64,000 nucleotides of DNA from Thraustochytrium aureum (GCA_012862495.1 BLSG01000411.1:344817-408816); one strand, 5' to 3'. Positions 45,227 to 58,700 are shown, counted from the stretch's first letter. The notes: generated by a model not told the origin, from the letters alone. Numbers and translations: made by a program.

Positions 45227-48200
45227 CTACTCGCCCGACTCTGCCGCGAGAATCGGATTGGACTGCACCCGCAATAAGGCAGCGTGGCCTTTGGTCTTGA
45301 GAAACGTCTTGACACCCTCAACCTGCCGCATGGATCTCTGGATCGTCGGGTCGAGCTTGACAGCTGGAACGGCGCGGGAGTGTGTGTATGCCCGCAGGTC
45401 TTTGGTGACGTGCTTCAAAGACTTGATCCGCTCGCTACCGGCTTCCCAAGGGCTGTCCTCCTCAATCGAGGCAGAGCGCTTGGCCCGCTCATCCTTGCGC
45501 CGGGCCAAATCCTCCTGCGCAACCAGAAAGTCCTCGAAAGACATCACATCGGGGATGTGTGCAGCAGCATCCAGGCCGCCATGCCGTGCGACGTGCACTT
45601 TGTCCTCCGCGCGGATCCGATAGCGCTCGTACTGGTACTCTTCAAAGGCTTCGCGGAGCCCACCCGACACAGAGCCGAATAGGTCGGCGCTTCGCCTCTG
45701 CGGTGCCGAGACAGGGCGCGCAGCGATATTACCTCCAAGGCGGACATGCTCTGTGGCTAGGCGGATTTGCGGCGCGATTGCCGTGTCGTTGATGACTTTG
45801 ACCACGGAACGAAGGGCTCGATTTTTGTCGTTCCACAGCTTGCGCGCTGCAACTTTGAGCTCTGCGCGGCTGCTGTTCAGCCTTGCGGCAAGGATGCGGT
45901 TCGCTTCAATACGCTCTTTGTACTTGCGAACGTTTACGCGCGGGGCATGGGCCAAGATCTCCGCTTCGGAGTCGGTCCTCGTCATCGGTTGTAGCCTCCG
46001 TGGTGGCGGCAGGGCTGGCTTGCTTTCTGCCCCGGGTTGTTGTCGCTCCATCGACCCCGCGCCACGCGCGAACGTCACTGTGGCGCTGGAGGGCCTTTGC
46101 CGGGGCTTGCCAGGGCCGTTGCTAGAGGTCGGGGAGCGGCCTTCGAAGCGAAGCGATGCGCCATCCCTGGCGTTCCCGAGTTTGGCCTTCGCCGAGGCAG
46201 GCCTCTGGCGCGCCGGCGCTTGTCTTGCCCACTTATTCGTCGTCGTCGTGCTGGTGGTGGTNNNNNNNNNNNNNNNNNNNNNNNNNNNNNNNNNNNNNNN
46301 NNNNNNNNNNNNNNNNNNNNNNNNNNNNNNNNNNNNNNNNNNNNNNNNNNNNNNNNNNNNNNNNNNNNNNNNNNNNNNNNNNNNNNNNNNNNNNNNNNNN
46401 NNNNNNNNNNNNNNNNNNNNNNNNNNNNNNNNNNNNNNNNNNNNNNNNNNGGTGGTGGTGGTGGTTCCCGCTTGGGGACCGGCCGCCGATTTGGGGCTTG
46501 CCACTTTAGGCGAGACGCCCGCGTCCTCAGACCCTCCGCAATTTGACGGCCACATAGGTGCGCGACTTTCGTGTACGTCGAGAGACTCGCTTGGCGAGCG
46601 ATCCGAACCGTGCTTCACGCCAGAAACAGCCGCTCGGGATGATGCAACGCAAGGAACTGTTGAGTGCGCAGCAACCATTGACAGGGAGCGGCCGATGTGC
46701 GAAAAGGAACCGCGCCCCACCCGCAAGGGCCCGGTTTGGGGTCGTCAGGCTCTGGCTCTTCCGTGCCGTCGCCGTCGCCTGAAGCGTCTGCTTCTGCAGA
46801 GGCGTCAAGATTATGCCCAGACGCCGACCTTTGAACGGTTTGGCGCCGGACTCAAAAGCAAGCTCTCCTTGAGGTTGAGCGACTTGACGCTGTGGACGAG
46901 ACGAATCATATCTGACGCTGTGGGGTTTCGTCGCCGCGATGCCAAAAAATAGTCGCGGAACGCTGCTGTTTGAACCGAGGCGCCAAAGTGCGGGTCCAGC
47001 TGAGCGTGTATGTGCTCGAGCTCGACGAGATCAGGTTTGTGGCGCCCAAGGTCCTCCAGGAGTTGCGGCACGATGCGGAACTCGAGCATATCCTGATTCG
47101 TCTCGAACCTCTTAAGCGCCAAACCGAGGTGAAACGGCGTCTCGATCCAGCGCAGTGCTGCGAGGAAGCGCCTCGCCAGGCGACCCCTGAATGCGGACTG
47201 GATCTTCCGGCTTGCCCGATTTTGGGCCTTGGCGTTTTCTGACGAGTTGGAGGGGCGCCAGGCCCCGCCGCCGCCTTGGCGAACTGCGGTGCGGTACTTG
47301 CGCGTGCGCTCAGCGAGCCGCTGCAAGTCGGTCTGCGGTTCATTTCGCCCAAGTTGAGGCGAGCATGGCGCGAGAGTGCGGTCCCGTTTGCCGGCTGCTT
47401 GCGATGGCGGGCACTGGCCCAGTTCGAGCTGGTTCTGGCGTTTGGGGACGACCCTGGTGATGGCGGGCTTGCGCTCGATCCCTTGGAGTCTTTTCTTGGT
47501 TCGCTCAACTTGGATGCGCACTTGCCGGCGCGCCTCTTGGACATCGACTTTGCCTTGGATCTGGCGTCGCCGGCGCTCCGCTTCAACCTTCTTGCGAGCG
47601 ATTCGCTGCACCAGGTACGCCTGCCTTTTGGCGAGGAACTGCTGGATGTAAGACTCTCTCGTCCTGACAATGAAGGAGGCCAGCTCCGTTCGCGCCACCG
47701 CTTCTTCCATGGGGTTGAACAGGGTTTCTAGAGCGTCAATTCCTGTCCCGCTGGGAGACAGGTCCTGCGGCGAATGGGTGCTAAGGATCTGCGCCACTTG
47801 GCGCCGCGTGACCGACTTGTCGATAGGTTTGATCCGAGTGCTGGGCACGGCAGCATCGGCTCCGCCGTGCTGCTGCTGATGCGACTCTGGCGAAGCAAGG
47901 CCGTCAGACGACGCGTTGGGTCTCGTCCAGAACGGGGGCGGCGGCGAGCCAGGAGAGCGAGAGGCAGCCAGCCGCCGCCTCGCGCTCTCTTGACGTGCAA
48001 GCTGGCGCTGGCGCTTTTGCGCCTTGAGGCGCTGGTGCGACTCGACGTGCGCCTCGCGAAACTCGCTGAGCGACAAAAAGTGGCTCATAAGCCCGTGCGC
48101 GCTGCTCGTCACAGTGAAGCTACTGCGGGTTTTGTGCCGTTCGAGCCTCATACGCTGGTAAGCTCGTTCATGCAAGTTGGTCCACACCGGCTTGCTCAAG

Positions 48201-48855
48201 AGGTCTTGGAGGGCATTGCCCCGCTTTGGCGACGCTATTGCAGCCGCGTACGTCATGCCGCGCGGCGACGTCCCGAGCGCCTTTGCAAGGGCCTCGTGAA
48301 CCTCGTCCTTCTCGCTGAGGTATAGCTCGGGGTCCTCGATGCGCAAGTCACTCGCTGTGTCGAAGCTCTGCACCGAGGCCCGATCATCCTGCTCAGGGAC
48401 AAGTGGCTTGTGGGTCCGGATCGGCGGGGTTGATGAATGCGTTTTGTTTGCTTGCCTTCCGCGGAGATTGACGCTTCCACGAGCTTGGCCTGCGCCCTGA
48501 TGAACTCGTCAAGGGTGCTGGCGGCAAAGTCTCGAAACCTTTCCCGGCTGGTCCGCTCCTCTGTTTGCTGGACCTGCGCAAACGTGCGCACGCTTTTAAC
48601 AAAGCCCTTGTGCCCGCTTGAAATGGTGCCCACCACAGCCACGAGGTGGTCTTCGTCGTGGCACCGCGACGAGGGCTTTACTCTGCGCCGGCTTTTGCCA
48701 TCTGCTGCGCTTTCGTTCATAGCGTGAACGTGATTCTCGCGCGCAGCCTTCCCTTTGAGCGTCGCACCTTCACTTCCAGGGCCGCCGGTCGTACCGCCCC
48801 TGACCGGTAGCCTCATTCTCGCCAGCGACCGTCCGTTCGCCAACGCGCAGCGCAC
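45227..48855 (-). CDS. Large hypothetical protein with coiled coils, an IQ motif and a degenerate EF-hand-like segment; probably one gene split by indels and a gap
   Basis: Successive minus ORFs 48855-48253, 48373-46811 and 46726-45227, bridged by a coding-like frame (SGHNLDASAEADASGDGDGTEEPEPDDPKPG). IQ motif KIQSAFRGRLARR, followed by LDPHFGASVQTAAFRDYF. Confidence 0.55.
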
Positions 48856-49324
48856 GCCCAGCGCAGATACGATTGAGCTTGGTCGCCAATTGAGCTTGGC
48901 CCCGGCCCTAGCTTGTCCTCCCCGGTCGCCGCTCCCAGCCTAGCTCGTCGCGNNNNNNNNNNNNNNNNNNNNNNNNNNNNNNNNNNNNNNNNNNNNNNNN
49001 NNNNNNNNNNNNNNNNNNNNNNNNNNNNNNNNNNNNNNNNNNNNNNNNNNNNNNNNNNNNNNNNNNNNNNNNNNNNNNNNNNNNNNNNNNNNNNNNNNNN
49101 NNNNNNNNNNNNNNNNNNNNNNNNNNNNNNNNNNNNNNNNNNNNNNNNNNNNNNNNNNNNNNNNNNNNNNNNNNNNNNNNNNNNNNNNNNNNNNNNNNNN
49201 NNNNNNNNNNNNNNNNNNNNNNNNNNNNNNNNNNNNNNNNNNNNNNNNNNNNNNNNNNNNNNNNNNNNNNNNNNNNNNNNNNNNNNNNNNNNNNNNNNNN
49301 NNNNNNNNNNNNNNNNNNNNNNNN

Positions 49325-50108
49325 GGAAGCAGGACGCGGGCGCGGCGTGGGAGACCTGCGGCTTGCGCAAAGGGAGATGGAGGGCAAGGAGGAGATGGTG
49401 GTGTTTCCTCGAGTCTCTCCAGGCGCGCTCGATGTGCAAGTCGCGGCGCCGTACTTGGACGTGCTGAGCGTGACCTCGCCAAGGCTAGTGCCTGGTAAGT
49501 TGGACGCTGTGCGGCGTCAAAGTATGAGACAGGCAATTGCTGCAACACATATTATGCGTGGCTGACGCTGGGGCGTCTCTCCCACAGCAACACAATGCGA
49601 CGATCACAGCATGCTTTTATTGGAGCCCATCGCCGTCCCTGCGCTTGAGCACACTGGACTGCGCACTGCTCTAGAGCGCGTTGAGGCAGAGGTTGGTCGG
49701 CAAGGGATGATTGGTATGACCAGAGAGGAGCGGCCCTTGTTCTATCCAGACGGGCGGAAGAAGAAGCAGTTCCGGGAAGAGGTGCGGCAAGCGATTCGGA
49801 AGGCCAATCCAGAGAATGTGGAGGTTTTGGCGCTGCAGCACGGAGCTGCGACCGATTTCGACACAGCTCTGGCATTGACTGTCGCTGGCGTGCCAGATTC
49901 CACCCAGGATCGTGCCATAGTGTCTCGTGAGTGCAAACGGGCTCTTTACAAGCGTGCTGCACGTGTCAAAGGAAGGATGCCCGTGAGTCCAAAGCCCTCA
50001 ACGATGGGGCCCGAGCAGGCTAGCTTGGACTTTCGTCGGGGTCGCTCTTTGGCAAGTCGCCTGTTCGTCCTGCAGACCGAAAGTTGCGCGACATCCTGGA
50101 CAATATAA
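49325..50108 (+). CDS. Hypothetical spliced gene, 5' end in gap
   Basis: Coding-like segments separated by donor-like GTAAGT (~49495) and GTGAGT (~49983) with downstream CAG acceptors. Includes the 165-aa ORF 49611-50108. No family recognised. Confidence 0.4.
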
Positions 50109-50844
50109 AACGTGACCGGCTGCGCATCAGCACGCTTTCCTTGCACTGACTGTGTGGCATGCGACTTTGTCAAGAGAAACGCCCAGACCGCCGACCACGC
50201 CGCGCCTTTCTGTGCTTGGCTCGACCTTCGTCTTCCTATTGTTTGGGTCAAGAATTGGGCAGTCTCGCAGCAGTGTCGGAAGGGTCGTCGCTGCGCTGCC
50301 TTGACATTCAACTCGAAGGATCGATCTCGTTGGTCATCATGTCGTCACACCCGTTTCTTGGAAAGGTCCACAGCGGTTGAAGTTCACTCATGAGCCGGCT
50401 CTCGCGCCTGACTTGTCAACAAATTACCGGTAGAGTAGTTGCGGAGGCGACAACCGTTCGTGAACCCGATGCAGCGTTCAAGGAGGCTTCTTCCTGCCCG
50501 AATGCATGGGCTGGTTTCTTCCACTTTTATCGACTTCGTACGCACTGGCAAGCTCGCCATTGTGGTGTGCTGGAATCCTGAAAACAAAACGGCCTGCTCG
50601 AAAACGCAAGAGAATCAATCAAAGAACCAAGATTGTAGCTTTTGGATACTCCATGTGGTTGGGTTGTTCCTCTACGCTAGAGTACGCTAAAATACGGGAG
50701 GCGCTTTTGGATCCAACTTCTTCTTCTTCGTGTCGCTTGCCTCCCAAAGTGTCTCAAAACAAAATGGCCAAGCAGGCGGCCATTTCTGACTTTACCGAGT
50801 CACTACCGACAAGCGACACGACCCTTGCTCCTGCCCAATCGAAT

Positions 50845-51634
50845 CTAGTCTTTGGAGGACGAGCCCTTTGCTGCGCTCACGAGAAACTCGAGGTCGCGCC
50901 AGTCCCGTTCGACCAGTTCTCTGCAACGTCGTTCCTCGACACCGTCGAGCGCAATCGCCAGCCCCAGGTCGATGATCGTGACCTTCCCAGACGAGCGATC
51001 GATCAGAATGTTGCCCTGGTGCAGGTCCTGGTGCGCGACGCCCTTGGTGTGGAGTTTTTCCAGCGCCTCGCGCACCTGCTGGACGACGCTCTCGTCCTTC
51101 AAGTCTTGCTGCGTGACCTGCTCGCCGACCGCGCCCAGGACCATCGCGCGTCGGCCGAGTGACCAGTCCCCTCCGTAGTAGAGCCGAGGAACGGCGTCTC
51201 CCCAAAGGTCTCGCACTTTGTGGTAGAGTTCGGATCTCGTTGTCCATCAAGTCTGCGCCCTCCCAGTCCTTCTGCGCGTCCACGAGCTTGAGCACAGCGT
51301 GCTCCGAGTGGTTCACCAGGGCTCGCCTCACCACGCCGTGCTCCTTGAAAATGACCTCGTCGTCTCTCGTGACGTCTTCGATGTGAATCCGCTCATCGTC
51401 GCCCTCCTCCTCGTCGCTATTGTCTGCATCGCCGTCGACTTGGTCGTCTTCTTCGTCGTTGCGTTCGTGCTGGCGACCTCCGCCCTTGGCACCAGCCTCA
51501 CGCGCTCGCTGCTCTCTGTCAGCCTCCCTTGCGACGCCTCCTCGCCAAATCCCACGTTTCGGACTTGAGGAAACGCGCCACGTCCACAGGGACAGCCACT
51601 CTCTCCTCGTCCATTGCGGAGTGCTTGAGGAACG
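50845..51634 (-). CDS. Atypical compact protein kinase domain (RIO/Bud32/Kdo-like), 5' end in gap; frameshift near 51222
   Basis: AVLKL (beta3 Lys), DNEI (helix C Glu), VRDLWGDAVPRLYY, LHTKGVAHQDLHQGNILID (catalytic loop) and VTIIDLGLA, with a very short C-lobe. Confidence 0.8.
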
Positions 51635-52457
51635 NNNNNNNNNNNNNNNNNNNNNNNNNNNNNNNNNNNNNNNNNNNNNNNNNNNNNNNNNNNNNNNNNN
51701 NNNNNNNNNNNNNNNNNNNNNNNNNNNNNNNNNNNNNNNNNNNNNNNNNNNNNNNNNNNNNNNNNNNNNNNNNNNNNNNNNNNNNNNNNNNNNNNNNNNN
51801 NNNNNNNNNNNNNNNNNNNNNNNNNNNNNNNNNNNNNNNNNNNNNNNNNNNNNNNNNNNNNNNNNNNNNNNNNNNNNNNNNNNNNNNNNNNNNNNNNNNN
51901 NNNNNNNNNNNNNNNNNNNNNNNNNNNNNNNNNNNNNNNNNNNNNNNNNNNNNNNNNNNNNNNNNNNNNNNNNNNNNNNNNNNNNNNNNNNNNNNNNNNN
52001 NNNNNNNNNNNNNNNNNNNNNNNNNNNNNNNNNNNNNNNNNNNNNNNNNNNNNNNNNNNNNNNNNNNNNNNNNNNNNNNNNNNNNNNNNNNNNNNNNNNN
52101 NNNNNNNNNNNNNNNNNNNNNNNNNNNNNNNNNNNNNNNNNNNNNNNNNNNNNNNNNNNNNNNNNNNNNNNNNNNNNNNNNNNNNNNNNNNNNNNNNNNN
52201 NNNNNNNNNNNNNNNNNNNNNNNNNNNNNNNNNNNNNNNNNNNNNNNNNNNNNNNNNNNNNNNNNNNNNNNNNNNNNNNNNNNNNNNNNNNNNNNNNNNN
52301 NNNNNNNNNNNNNNNNNNNNNNNNNNNNNNNNNNNNNNNNNNNNNNNNNNNNNNNNNNNNNNNNNNNNNNNNNNNNNNNNNNNNNNNNNNNNNNNNNNNN
52401 NNNNNNNNNNNNNNNNNNNNNNNNNNNNNNNNNNNNNNNNNNNNNNNNNNNNNNNNN

Positions 52458-53936
52458 AACCCTGATAGCGAGCTTCGCCGAAAGCTCGGCAAGATCGCCG
52501 GCGCAGAGGCTGCAAGCGTTGGTGCGGAGGCTGCTGGAGCTGGTGCCAGCGCCGCTCAACGACGAGCCGCACACTTTGCGCGCAAGGGGCGCCCTGCACG
52601 TGCGGCGCGCGCTCTGTTCTGCACCATGAACGAGGACGAGTCGCTGCCGCCGCCGCCGAACTTTGCCTCTGGCGGCGTACGTATGGTTGCACTTGGAGTG
52701 ACGGAGGACGGCGGGACGCTGTTCTCCTTCGAGGCCTCTGAGGTGTATCGAAAGGCAGAAAATTTGTTCGAACACTGCCAGGCCACATATGACCCGAACC
52801 AGATCATGACGTTCCTCCACCAGAACCCGTGGCATGTGCCGGCCCACATGGCGATGTGCGACTTTTACCTTCAAACCTCGCAGCTCGAGTCAGCCGAGAT
52901 GATGCTGCGGTCCGCGCTCTTCGTCCTTGAAAGCTGCGTGCATCCGCGGTTCGCCGAGCTCCTCGGCGAGGGCAAGTGCAGGCTGAAAGCAGAAGCCGGC
53001 ACCAGTGGCGCTGACTGTGGGCTGAATCACGTGTTCCTCCGGACGCTCTTCAAGTCCATGATGATCTGCCGAAAGCGGCTTCTGAACCAAACCGCCTTCA
53101 ACCTGGGCCTGTCGCTGTTTGCCATGGACCCTTGGCGCGACCCTTTCCACGTTTTGCTCGTGTTGGATCAGCTAGCTCTGAGCGCGGGTCGCATGGACTG
53201 GCTGTGCGAGGCCTTTGAATCCGTTCCTACCGTACGCGCTCTGCCAAGCATGCACTTTTCTCGGGCGCTGGCTCTGTATGCGCGAGGGGACGAGGCTGGC
53301 GCCTGCGCAGCTGCAGACGAGGCGCTAGCGCGGTTCCCAGGCGCGCTTGTGGCCTTGCTCGGCCACCTCGACAAGGCTGGTGTGGACACGCGAGACGCCA
53401 TGCTGCAGTCGGCAATACAGCGTTGCGAGGCTCGCGCGGCCGCACTTCCCGGCGCCAGAGACACTGTGCTAGAAAGACTCTACTCGTTTATGGGGCGCAC
53501 AGGCGTCGCAACATGGAAGAATCCACTTCCAGGCGCGCAGACTGGCCGAGTGGCCCCTTACCAGTGGCTCGCGTTTCGGGCCACGGATCTGGAGTCGGAG
53601 CTGGAAGAAGCGGCTGCGGCGTCCACCGACGCTGCCGAGCTGGCAGAGAGTGCTGCAGCGGCAGTGACACGGGCACGGTACTCAACCGTGAGTGCTGCCC
53701 AGTTCGCTGACGACACAGGGGCCGTCAACCTAGTGGACGACGACCCCATGGGGCGGCGGCGGGCTGGCGCTGAGGCACAAGCAGCGGCGGCGCCCGCGAA
53801 CGTAGACCTGGATGCAGGCTTGCTGACGCTTTTCTTTCAGACGATGATGCCCTGGGCGCGGCTGCCAGCGCGGCAAGACGGTGCCGAGCACGCGGCCGCA
53901 GAGGGCAACGGCGCGAACGGCGGGCTTGGAAACTAG
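52458..53936 (+). CDS. TCF25: TCF25/Rqc1 ribosome quality-control protein, 5' end in gap
   Basis: FSFEASEVYRKAENLF...YDPNQIMTFLHQNPWHV, LRSALFVLE..HPRF, LFAMDPWRDP..VLLVLD, LPSMHFSRALA, ARFP, and C-terminal FFQTMMPW. Confidence 0.85.
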   Translation, partial: NPDSELRRKLGKIAGAEAASVGAEAAGAGASAAQRRAAHFARKGRPARAARALFCTMNEDESLPPPPNFASGGVRMVALGVTEDGGTLFSFEASEVYRKAENLFEHCQATYDPNQIMTFLHQNPWHVPAHMAMCDFYLQTSQLESAEMMLRSALFVLESCVHPRFAELLGEGKCRLKAEAGTSGADCGLNHVFLRTLFKSMMICRKRLLNQTAFNLGLSLFAMDPWRDPFHVLLVLDQLALSAGRMDWLCEAFESVPTVRALPSMHFSRALALYARGDEAGACAAADEALARFPGALVALLGHLDKAGVDTRDAMLQSAIQRCEARAAALPGARDTVLERLYSFMGRTGVATWKNPLPGAQTGRVAPYQWLAFRATDLESELEEAAAASTDAAELAESAAAAVTRARYSTVSAAQFADDTGAVNLVDDDPMGRRRAGAEAQAAAAPANVDLDAGLLTLFFQTMMPWARLPARQDGAEHAAAEGNGANGGLGN

Positions 53937-54123
53937 GCCCCAGGCGCCCGCTCTCTTTGCATGCACGTTGAAAGTGCCTCGGGGCGGACGTGCGTGCGAG
54001 CATCGAGACATCCGCCAAGGCGCGTTCCATCAAAAACAATTTTTTTGTTGGCTTACCATCGGAGATCAAAAAAACGCAGGATATCGACTGACGCGACAGC
54101 TCAGGCGGGCCACGCAACGCCGC

Positions 54124-55216
54124 CTATTTCGCGGCGCCCTTAGCGCCCTTCTTCTTCGGCGTCTTCTTCTTGGCTGGCTTTCCTTTTGCGGCGGCGCCGG
54201 CCTTTGCCTTTTTGCTCGCCTTGCCGCGAATGCGCAGCTTTGCAGCACGAGCGGGGTCAAAGGATGCATGCGCGCCCTGAAACCCTCCAGACTTGGGCGC
54301 CTCAGCCGTGTTGGCGGACGCCGCCATCGAGGCGCTCTTTTGACAACGGGAGACACGGATCGCTCGCTTGAGAAAGTCGGTTCCGTCGGCGGTGAGGGCC
54401 GCGACGACCATGTCGTGATCCTTGAGGAGGACGTAGCCAAAGCCCTTGCCGAGACCCGAAACGCGGTCGCGCACAATGCGGACGTTCTCGACCTCAATCC
54501 CGGGCAGGCTGGTGAAAAACTCGCGAAGGTTTTCCTCAGCAGCCTCAGTTGGCAGGTTGCCCACGAAAACGGACCGGCGCCGGTCGAAGAGGCTCTTGTC
54601 CCGGTCTGACTTTGGCCCGGCCTCCTTGGCGCGAACGACGTCCAGCCGCAAGTGGAACCCGTGAAACTCGTGCCCCTGGAGCGTCTCCAGCGCCAAACGG
54701 ACAGCGTCCGACTCCACGAATACGACGTACGCATTGCAGGTCTGCCCGGTGGGCTCCACCTTGTTCTTCCGAGCTGAGACGCGCAGCATGGTCTTGTAGT
54801 CGCCACCCGCAGGAATCGCGGCCCCAGCCACCGGGACCGAGCGCAAGCGAATCGACTCGACCTTGCCAGCGGCGCCCATCTCGCGCTTGAGCGCTTTTTT
54901 GAGCTTTTCGAGGTTTTTGGCGGCCGCGATTGGGACATTGCCTACAAACAGGGTCCGCGCGTCCTTCTCCGGGGTGTCCGTCGGGACGGGTTTATTCTCG
55001 GCGGCGCCCTTGGCGCGCTTCGACTCCGTCTCGTTCTCGCCTGCTTGAGCCTTGCCCGCTTCCCCCCCGCGCCCGCTTCTTACCTTGGGCAGCCGGTGCA
55101 ACAACCACGGGCGGTAGCTTCTCGTTCATCGTGCTCGCGAACAGCCCGGTGTCGTCTCCGTCGTGAGCAGCGCCGGTGAGCAGCTTGGCCAGGTCGCCAA
55201 CCGCATACTTGGCCAT
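54124..55216 (-). CDS. RBM34: Nucleolar two-RRM protein RBM34/Nop12; frameshift at G7 run 55062-55068
   Basis: MAKYAVGDLAKLL, RTLFVGNVP, VESIRLRSV, NAYVVF, HLRLD, RSVFVGNLP, VRIVRDRVSGLGKGFGYV, FQGAHA and a basic tail. Confidence 0.9.
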
Positions 55217-55484
55217 CGTAGCCAACCTTTTCCGACCTGGCGTCGGGTCTGGCCAGCCGCCGTTTGCTCGTCGCTGGGCCGCGCGGCTCCTCCTTCGCGC
55301 GCGCGTCGCAGGGCTCGCTGCGCTGCCGCCTTGCTCGCAACGCGCAAGGCTCGCAACGCGCAAGGCTCGGCGATTGATTGGGCAACGCGAAAGCATTTGG
55401 TTGGTTGCACTCGCTCGCTCGAGGAAGAACTGAGCCATGTGCAAGAACCGCCAGTGGTTTTTTAATCTTGATCCAGAGACACGT

Positions 55485-55536
55485 GCCGCAGATGCCGCAG
55501 ATGCTGCAGATGCCGCAGATGCCGCAGATGCCGCAG
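55485..55536. repeat. 9-bp tandem repeat (GCCGCAGAT) about x5-6, intergenic
   Basis: gccgcagatgccgcagatgctgcagatgccgcagatgccgcagatgccgcag. Confidence 0.9.
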
Positions 55537-55788
55537 CGGCGGAGCGCTCCCTGCGCTCGAGCTTGGCCCGCAATCGCACGGCACGCGCCCGGCGCGGCTT
55601 TTGCGCATTGGATTTTGTTTGGGGTTGAAACTAGCTAGCATCTCAGTTCTACTGCTGCCGTTGGCTTCCAGGCGCGAGGCGCGTGCTTGGCTCGCGATTT
55701 CCTTTCGTGTCCTCGGCCAGCGCTTGCTCGCTCTGGCGCAGAATCGCCTGGGACCCAGAACGGTAGCTACTCCACAGAGACATAGAAG

Positions 55789-58700
55789 CTACGGTCTCGC
55801 TGCGGACCGGAACTCGGGGCGCAAAGTCCATCGCCCACGAGAGTTGGTCGCAATCTGGCGCAAAAGCTGCCGGAAGGTGTCGGGTTCCATGTCGCTCGCG
55901 GTGGCCCGAAAGCGATCCACAATCGAGGCCGTCGTGCGGCTCTCCGACAAAAACTCTTGGAGACGCCGTGCCACGCGCATGTGCGGGTCCGTGGCATCAA
56001 CAGCCATCGCTGCCGCATGCGCTTGATCTGNNNNNNNNNNNNNNNNNNNNNNNNNNNNNNNNNNNNNNNNNNNNNNNNNNNNNNNNNNNNNNNNNNNNNN
56101 NNNNNNNNNNNNNNNNNNNNNNNNNNNNNNNNNNNNNNNNNNNNNNNNNNNNNNNNNNNNCTGCAGGATCTGCGACGACACCATTCCGCCCACGCGGCCT
56201 GCTGCACCGTGCTGCCCTGTCCAGGTCGGGACGTGCACCGACGAGGCGTCGCGACGTGCAGCTTCTTGATCTCGACGAAGCGCAGCGGCTGCTCGGCGCG
56301 CGACCCGATTCGCCTCGTGCTGAATAATGCGCTCGTCCGGACTCGCACGAGCAGACTCCTCGACCGCGTCGTGACGAAACGCCTGGCGAAACCCGCGCGC
56401 GCCTTCAAAGAGCGACTTGAGGATATTCGAGTTGTCGTCATCTGCCCCGCCCCCACCTGAACCGTCAGCCCCGTGCGACTGATCAGCCCCGTACTCGACC
56501 TTTCCGTGCTGGAACAAGTCCGAGGTCTCCGTGTCGTTGTCGACGAGGCGCGGCGCGCTGGCCCTGGCTGCCGACGCTTCAGCGGCGCGTTTGGCCTCGT
56601 CAATGTCTTGTTGGTCATACTCGGTGCCAAGGTTGGCTCGATCAACCTCGTCGCGCTTGCGACGACGCTTGGACCTGGGCTGCCGCGGGAGGTTGTGCTC
56701 GACAGACGCGTGCCCGCCGCCAGCATCGTCGCCGTCGAGACCGCCCGCCTCCGTCCCAAGCGTAAAGAGATCGCGCAGGCCGCTCATTTTGAGGAATCGG
56801 CGCTGCCGCGGGTCGGAGAGGATCTTATTGGTCAGGTACTGCTTGAAGATCTGGCGGTGGTACATCTTTTCCTCGATCGTTCCGCTCGTGATGAGACGGT
56901 AGATCGTGACTTGGCGCGTCTGGCCGACGCGCCAGGCCCGCTCCCTGGCCTGGGCGTCCGTGCTCGGGTTCCAGTCTGGGTCGAAAAGGATGACGCGGTT
57001 CGCCCCGGTCAAGTTGATGCCAAGGCCGCCCACCTTTGTGGTGAGCAAGAAAACAAAGATGCCGTTCGCTTCGTCGTTGAAGCGGTCGATCAAGACCTGC
57101 CGCGCCTTGATGTTGGTCGTCCCGTCCATTCGAAGGTACGTAAACCCTTCGTTCTGTGCAAACCGTTCCAAGAGGTCGAGCATCATTCGCCCTTGGGAAA
57201 AGAGCAGCACGCGGTGCCCTTGCTCGTGAAACTTGCGCAAGATGATTTGCAGCACGAGCATCTTGCCGGACCGCACAACGAGCCCTTCGCCGTCGACCGA
57301 AGGGAGCACCGAGGAGGCGGCGGCGCTCGCCCGCGATGAGCCCGCCGCAGCAGCCGAATCGCGCAGGCCAAGCGGAAGCACGTCGTCTTCGCCTTCGGCG
57401 GCCAACAGCGACCGAGCCACGCTGCTCTTCTCCGCGACGCTTGCGCGGACTCTGTCCAAGTAGAGGTCTGGGTGGTTGCAGATGTGCTGCAGCGCCCGAA
57501 TCAGCCGAAACGTCGTCTTCGCCGTCCGGCCCCGCGCCGAGGACTGAATGAGCTCGTCTACCTCGGGTTGTCGCAAAAAGTCCTCATACGCCTCTCGCTG
57601 AGGTTTCGTCAGCTCGCAGAACAGCACCTGCTCGACCTTGTCTGGGAGCTGTTGCGCGACGTCCTTTTTCATGCGCCGCAACAGGAACGGCTCGATGGTC
57701 TCTTTGAGGATCAAAGCACACTGGTACGCCATGCGCACTTGGACTGCCGTCGCATTTGAGTAGCCCCCCGCGTTGATCGGGATAGAAAACTGGTTGTCGA
57801 ACATCGGCAGGGTACCGAGGCGGCCCGGCGAAACAAAGTCGAAGAGCGACCAGAGCTCGCGCAGGTTGTTTTGGATTGGCGAACCGGTCATCACGATCCT
57901 GTGAACAGTTTGCAGTTGTTTGCATACCAGCGTGATATCCGCATCTGGATTGCGTATCTTGTGCCCCTCGTCCAAAACGACATAGCCCCAGCGGCGCGGC
58001 AGCACCTCGTTCTGGTGTCCGCGAATGCCTTGGTAGGTTGCGAGCAAGACGTCGCCCTTCTCGGCGATCGACTGGACCACCTTGACCCGAGACCAGCCCG
58101 CGGTCTCGATGGCGCCGCCGCTCGAGTGAAGCACCAGAATTCGAAGGCGCGGCGCCCACTTGTGCAGCTCGTCCACCCACTGCGAAATCGTGGTCGCCGG
58201 ACACAAGATGATGCTCGGCTTTAATAGGCCGGTGTCCTTGAGCGCGCCGAGAAACGATGCCACTTGGACGGTTTTCCCCAGGCCCATCTCGTCTCCGAGG
58301 ATCCCGCCGGTCCCTTGCCGGTGGAGCTTCCAAAACCATTCCAGTGCATGCCGCTGAAACTCGAACAGCTTGCTGTGAAACCTCCGCGATACCTTGAGTC
58401 CACTATCAACTTCCACAAAGCGCGCGTCCTCGTCCGCCTCGCTCGCCAGAGCGCGCGCCGCGTCATCTGTGGCGAGATCATCGTCGCTTACAAGTTCGCT
58501 CTCTTCCTTGCCGAGCGCATACTGCGAGGCGGCCTCCTCCTCCATCCCCTGCTCGAGCGCCTCGCGATACAGCTTTGCGAACCTACGGTCCTGCTCATCC
58601 GCAAAGCTGACCCGCGCTCGAAACTCCTCGGGTCGGAAATCGTCCGCCGCGCTGCCGCGGAGAGGCTCGTTCGCGCGCTTTTTCCCCGACCCAGAGAGCG

